Shown here piece by piece: positions 59,724 to 64,000 of a stretch of DNA of 64,000 bases. Under the pieces are notes generated by a model. The model saw only the letters and a program-made list of their open reading frames with translations. It was not told the origin of the DNA and did no database searches. The position numbers were made by a program, and so were the translations under genes. The first letter of the stretch is position 1. Every line of letters begins with the position of its first letter. The stretch is from assembly GCA_031385045.1 (NCBI GenBank), contig JANNBC010000015.1:19665-83664 (forward strand), given 5' to 3'. The DNA comes from a bacterium (lineage in GTDB: Bacteria; Bdellovibrionota_C; UBA2361; CALJRW01).

Positions 59724-60839
59724 TTAAATTAATGTTTTCAAAAAACTAAGTGCTGGTTGAACTATAATTCCGTTGGAATTATAGGACTTTATCTCTTCCA
59801 TATCCTGTACTAATTGCAAGGCCTGTGCTTCTGGAAACTTAGCTGCGAAGTATTTCAAATTTGAATCGATATTTTGTTCTTTAAGCTTGCACTCAATTAA
59901 ACTTAAGATATTCTTACCTTCTGCTAGTACAAAATCAACTTCTTTCCCAGTTCGGTCTCTTAAAAAATATAACTCAATGTTTTTTCCATGAACATCTTGT
60001 TGATAATGAGCCCACTTAAGTAAATGACTAGCAACTAAATTTTCAAAACGTTTTGCTGGATCTTCAATTGCTCCCCAATTATAGAAATAGCATTTTTGTG
60101 TTTTCTTTAATGACTTAACCTTTGATGTTGTTAGCGGTGCAATCCGAAAAATATGATAAAGCCTTTCAAAGGCTTGGATCCATCTTTCAATCGTCAAATG
60201 CGCAACCTGCAAATTCTCGCGAATCGAATTAACTGAAAGTGGACTACCAACAAAATCAGGAAGAATCATAAGGAGCATTTCTAGCTTACCTAGATCCTGA
60301 ATCATTTCTAAATCACGAATATCTTCCATAACTACTCGGGAACGATATTGCCGAACCCAACGCAGAGCCTCCTCTTTGGAATTAGAAAAATACGGTTCAG
60401 GAAAACCACCTAGTTCTATTAAAGAGGAAAACTGATCTTGAGTATTCAGCTTTAACTCAGCAACTGAAAGTGGATGAAGACGAAAAAGGTTGTAGCGTCC
60501 TTGAAGAGAATCACCTCCAGCTCTGTAAAAATCTAAGCGAGCACTACCAGTAACAAGAATTTGAAAATTTCTTTTCAAATCATCATAAATCCCTTTTAGA
60601 TAATTTCGCCAATCCCGGTACTTATGCAGTTCATCAAAAACTAAAAGTTTATTTTGGGGTAGTTTTTGTTTTAAGATTAACTCTCTTGAGTCTGGAACAT
60701 CATAATTTAAATAAGCCTGGTTCTGGCCTTCTAGAAGCTTAATGGCTAATGTAGTCTTACCTACCTGCCGTGGACCAGCGATAAAGACCATTTTTTTGGT
60801 TAAATCTTTCTTAATAATTTCAGTAAGATACCTATCCAT
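59724..60839 (-). CDS. AAA+ ATPase, COG1373/DUF4143-type (paralog 4, closest to paralog 1)
   Basis: Walker A AGPRQVGKTT, Walker B LVFDELHK, VTGSA...GDSLQGRY. About 50% identity to 23848..24963 by eye. Confidence 0.75.
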   Translation of the reverse strand: MDRYLTEIIKKDLTKKMVFIAGPRQVGKTTLAIKLLEGQNQAYLNYDVPDSRELILKQKLPQNKLLVFDELHKYRDWRNYLKGIYDDLKRNFQILVTGSARLDFYRAGGDSLQGRYNLFRLHPLSVAELKLNTQDQFSSLIELGGFPEPYFSNSKEEALRWVRQYRSRVVMEDIRDLEMIQDLGKLEMLLMILPDFVGSPLSVNSIRENLQVAHLTIERWIQAFERLYHIFRIAPLTTSKVKSLKKTQKCYFYNWGAIEDPAKRFENLVASHLLKWAHYQQDVHGKNIELYFLRDRTGKEVDFVLAEGKNILSLIECKLKEQNIDSNLKYFAAKFPEAQALQLVQDMEEIKSYNSNGIIVQPALSFLKTLI

Positions 60840-60856
60840 TGATGAATTTTAACATA

Positions 60857-60899
60857 GATGTGAAAAAAATTCAAACTATTTTCACATTGATGTGAAAAA
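60857..60899. promoter_or_regulatory. direct and inverted GATGTGAAAAA repeats upstream of ATPase paralog 4
   Basis: GATGTGAAAAA occurs twice (60857, 60889). ATGTGAAAA / TTTTCACAT form an inverted pair. Confidence 0.4.
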
Positions 60900-60972
60900 T
60901 GACCTAAATAATTTGGAAGTAACCCCCTATCTCTTACTGACGATTACGGAGTCCTACTCCGCAATCGTCAAG

Positions 60973-62085
60973 TTATTTTAGAACTAAACCAAGGAATTCC
61001 TCCCTTTGGATACTCTTAACTATCCCAGCAGGATTAATTTTATTAAAAATATTGGCTAACTGTTTAGCTTTTTCAGGATTTTGTAATTTCAATAACCAAT
61101 ACACCCGATCCGAATCTTTTTCGATGACAGCTAAATCATTTACCCAAGCAGTGGCCAAACGCTCATCTTCTAAGTTGATCAGTGTAGAAAGTATAAATTC
61201 ACCTAAACGATCTTGGTAAGTAACTTGTAAATTCTCTAACTCAAAATATTTTTTAAGATCATTAACTCCTAATGGCAGAAATTTATGATCAGCTTGGTAA
61301 TGCTCAGGATGTAAAATCTCTTGGGTTGTTTTTGGAATTCGATTGAAAATCTTATTTAGTCCGGAATAGCCTTCTCGCCTTAAAAAATAATGACTAAAAT
61401 TTAAACCACTAGTGTAAGGAAATAAAAGGAAAGCTTGCATCGAACGTGGTGCTTCCTTGAAGCCACCAATCATATTAGAAGAGGCAACTGCTTGAAAAAC
61501 TAAGCTTCTAACATCAGCTTGCTCTGCTAAACGAGGTAATCCTGACTGCTGATTGAAGTAGTCATACATCACAACCGTAGCATCACCCTCAACCACTGCC
61601 GAGCGAGCCAAAGATTCATCTGATGTTGAATTTTCCGGATCCAAAAACTTATCTAAGTTATAATACTGATCTTGCAAAGCATGAGTTAGTTCATGCACGG
61701 CAATTGGCATTTGCATCATTTCAGGCATCCAGCCAGCCATCACATAGTATTCCGAAACTGGCTCGTAGTAGCCAGCAAGTTGGCTAGTATAAAGTTTAAC
61801 AATCTCTTCTTTATAATTATAATCTCTAGGGATTACTCCAATTTTCTTAAAAAGCTTTTCTTCATTAGCAAGCTTTATATCGGGCACCTTAGTATCAATC
61901 GTCTCTCTTAAATATTGCTCAACTTGCTGTTTACTCTGAACCTTACACTTAACAGGGTGCTTGATTGGCAACTCTCTAATCGTCTCTGCTTTTTGAAAGG
62001 CATCTATTGCTAAATCACAAAGATCTTCGGCCTGGATATTACTTGCTAACAGCAAGCTTAAAAAAATATTTAGGATCTTATACAT
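60973..62085 (-). CDS. secreted HExxH zinc-metallopeptidase-like protein
   Basis: Signal peptide. VHELTHALQD (HExxH) with a downstream Glu-rich segment. Confidence 0.45.
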   Translation of the reverse strand: MYKILNIFLSLLLASNIQAEDLCDLAIDAFQKAETIRELPIKHPVKCKVQSKQQVEQYLRETIDTKVPDIKLANEEKLFKKIGVIPRDYNYKEEIVKLYTSQLAGYYEPVSEYYVMAGWMPEMMQMPIAVHELTHALQDQYYNLDKFLDPENSTSDESLARSAVVEGDATVVMYDYFNQQSGLPRLAEQADVRSLVFQAVASSNMIGGFKEAPRSMQAFLLFPYTSGLNFSHYFLRREGYSGLNKIFNRIPKTTQEILHPEHYQADHKFLPLGVNDLKKYFELENLQVTYQDRLGEFILSTLINLEDERLATAWVNDLAVIEKDSDRVYWLLKLQNPEKAKQLANIFNKINPAGIVKSIQREEFLGLVLK

Positions 62086-62118
62086 AGGAAATTCTAACTC
62101 GATTCTGAAGAAAAGAGC

Positions 62119-63987
62119 TTAAAAATAATAATAAAGATTCATCAAGTAAGAATTAAATGTTTCTTGATAATCTTTTTCCCGGGCTATCTCTAGACGGAAG
62201 TTCCAATCTTTATTTAGAGGAAAATTTAACTTACTACCGTACTTCAGGCCAGTATGATTATCTCCAAAGAAATATCTATTATAGTTGATTTCTGTTAGAT
62301 AATTAAAGGATTTAGCATAACCTAACCAACCAAATTTTACTCCGCCACCAGTTGCCTGATTATTTTCGAAGTAGGTATTAATTTTATTAGCGACTCCTCC
62401 TAAAAGGTAAACCTGATTGCCCTCATTTAATTTGGTACTTCGACCTAAATATAGTTCATTTTTATAAACTAGCTTAGTTTGATCAGAAAAATTGACTTCC
62501 TCTCTTTGAAAGCCAGTATGGAGTGCCCAAGAAAGTGGTTTTAAAAAATAGTTTCCCGGGCTAAGTGAAACTAAATCAACAATAGTTGCCCGGTTTAAAC
62601 TAAAATCTTGCTGACTATCAAGTAGAAAATTAAAGTCCATGAAGTTAATTTGTGAGCCAGGAATAAATCCAACTTGGGAATCTAAAAGATCGTGATAGGC
62701 CAGCCTTAAATCAAAGCTTTGATAATATTTTTTATCTTGGTAGAGCCCTCCGTAGGCAACTCTTTGGCTAGCATGAGAATCTAACGGATCTGTTTGCTTT
62801 GGTACAAGTAACTCCGGAGAACTTTGTCCTAGGGAACTTCTTTCATTTAGTAGTTTAAAAGCTAGCGGATCTGATTTATCGGCTGGAATCTTATCTCCGA
62901 CAACTAAATAATCCAAATAATCATAGGCTAGATCTAGTGTGGTTATTTTATCCTCTAGAGACAGCGTGGCTATCTCCTTTTCACCTGCTTCTGGCTTTAA
63001 GATTCGCTCTTTAGCAATTACCTTAAGTTTTGGAGGTGTGCTTGCCTCCCGAGCATTAAACTTAGAACTAAGGGAGGGACGAAAAATCTTGGCCAAGACT
63101 AAGTCTTTATTTTTAGCGATTGCTTTTAAAGTATCACTAGGAATTACCCAATTATTAAACTTCTCCCGAAGCTTTAAACTTGGGCGCAGGACATCAATTA
63201 AACCAAGTAAGTGGTAAGAACAGTTCTCATCAAAATAATAATAATTAAAATTAATGTTGCGGAGTTCCCAAAGATGCTGAACTAACAAATCAATTTCTTT
63301 TTGTTTAAAGTCTAAACGATACTCCCAAATATCACGCTTCTCTAAATCACTGTAACGTTTTACTAACTCAAAATACGGAGCAACTTTAAAATAACCATTA
63401 TAGAATCCAAAAATTCCTTTAAAGGCATAAATTAAGCCTGGCTCCCCAAATGTGTGTGCCGAAAAATTAATACTATAAGAGTAGTAATCCGCTTTAGAAT
63501 TTTTTGGATCCTGATCTAATCGTAAAAAGGTGTGTCCAAAAGCGGAGGCAGGATTATTTAAAAAACTTGCTGGAAAAATTAAAGTAACTCCCTTAGCGGC
63601 AATTAATCCCTGCCATTCATCAAACTCTGGACAGTCAGCAACTTTACGGTCTAAAAATAATTTTAATTTTGCTTGAATCAGATTAAGTCTTGCTGGGTAA
63701 CGACAGGATAATTTAATACCTTCAGACTCAAATTTTTTAACGGTGGCAGCTAGTTCATTTTCTGGATTCCTTGCCCCATCTTCTGCTAGAAAAAATTCAG
63801 GGGTATCAATAAAACTTTGGTAGCCAGGTGTTAGTGTATTCGATTTATAATGAAGTAGTGCTAGCCACTGCGGATCTTTGGCCAGTTCTTTTATTTCAGG
63901 AGTAAGAGAGCTTTCAGCCACTGCGCCAAAAACTAATACAAAATGCAAAAAAAAGCCGGCAGTTAGCCGGCTTAGTGAACAACTCAT
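62119..63987 (-). CDS. probable outer-membrane protein (periplasmic N-domain + C-terminal beta-barrel)
   Basis: Signal peptide. C-terminal alternating-hydrophobic strands ending ...LYYYF (aromatic terminal residue typical of OMPs). Confidence 0.4.
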   Translation of the reverse strand: MSCSLSRLTAGFFLHFVLVFGAVAESSLTPEIKELAKDPQWLALLHYKSNTLTPGYQSFIDTPEFFLAEDGARNPENELAATVKKFESEGIKLSCRYPARLNLIQAKLKLFLDRKVADCPEFDEWQGLIAAKGVTLIFPASFLNNPASAFGHTFLRLDQDPKNSKADYYSYSINFSAHTFGEPGLIYAFKGIFGFYNGYFKVAPYFELVKRYSDLEKRDIWEYRLDFKQKEIDLLVQHLWELRNINFNYYYFDENCSYHLLGLIDVLRPSLKLREKFNNWVIPSDTLKAIAKNKDLVLAKIFRPSLSSKFNAREASTPPKLKVIAKERILKPEAGEKEIATLSLEDKITTLDLAYDYLDYLVVGDKIPADKSDPLAFKLLNERSSLGQSSPELLVPKQTDPLDSHASQRVAYGGLYQDKKYYQSFDLRLAYHDLLDSQVGFIPGSQINFMDFNFLLDSQQDFSLNRATIVDLVSLSPGNYFLKPLSWALHTGFQREEVNFSDQTKLVYKNELYLGRSTKLNEGNQVYLLGGVANKINTYFENNQATGGGVKFGWLGYAKSFNYLTEINYNRYFFGDNHTGLKYGSKLNFPLNKDWNFRLEIAREKDYQETFNSYLMNLYYYF

Positions 63988-64000
63988 AATGAATTATAGG

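Noticed and set aside
1-64000. CRISPR arrays, rRNA and tRNA genes
   Set aside because: No regularly spaced direct repeats, no tRNA-like T-arm (GGTTCGAATCC) signatures, and no rRNA-like conserved stretches were seen. All long noncoding gaps are AT-rich and non-repetitive.
1-64000. Mobile genetic element (IS, transposon or prophage)
   Set aside because: No transposase, integrase, recombinase, terminal inverted-repeat pair or phage structural genes were recognised. The accessory character rests on TA modules and paralogs only.

Overview
This is a low-GC (~35%) bacterial chromosomal segment of about 61 genes. I found no rRNA or tRNA genes, no CRISPR array and no transposase or integrase. 

Housekeeping blocks I can recognise:
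- PBP1A (771..3215).
- A GldA/F/G-like ABC transporter (3273..6294).
- Class Ia ribonucleotide reductase nrdAB (41749..46200), preceded by two tandem NrdR boxes.
- A caa3-type cytochrome c oxidase operon (ctaC-D-E-IV, 48709..52951) with SCO1 and a separately encoded SURF1-like gene.
- pdxH, yqeY, yfcH-like, and an Lpd-family flavoprotein.

Between about 6.6 kb and 25 kb lies an accessory-looking region. It holds three type II toxin-antitoxin pairs: DinJ-YafQ, MazEF, and BrnA with a frameshifted BrnT. It also holds a degraded HAD gene, a divergent GuaC-like (GMP-reductase-family) gene with a HAD phosphatase and an upstream 16-bp palindromic operator, and two paralogous secreted proteins (one carrying a PEP-CTERM sorting signal) with a shared promoter. 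Further candidates are an Flp-type pilin with a Cys-rich tail, an 838-aa TadE-like protein facing a reprolysin-like metalloprotease, and a PLD-nuclease/SF2-helicase fusion directly downstream of a COG1373/DUF4143-type AAA ATPase. 

Four paralogs of that ATPase occur in the window, each with a palindrome in front of it. One is a perfect 28-bp inverted repeat. 

The best candidates for an undescribed system are the GuaC-like/HAD module and the ATPase plus PLD-helicase pair. Both are inference from domain grammar and context only. No functional link between the genes of either pair is shown. 

The Tad/Flp pieces, many secreted Cys-rich proteins and the low GC would fit a Bdellovibrio-like organism, but I cannot establish taxon from sequence alone.
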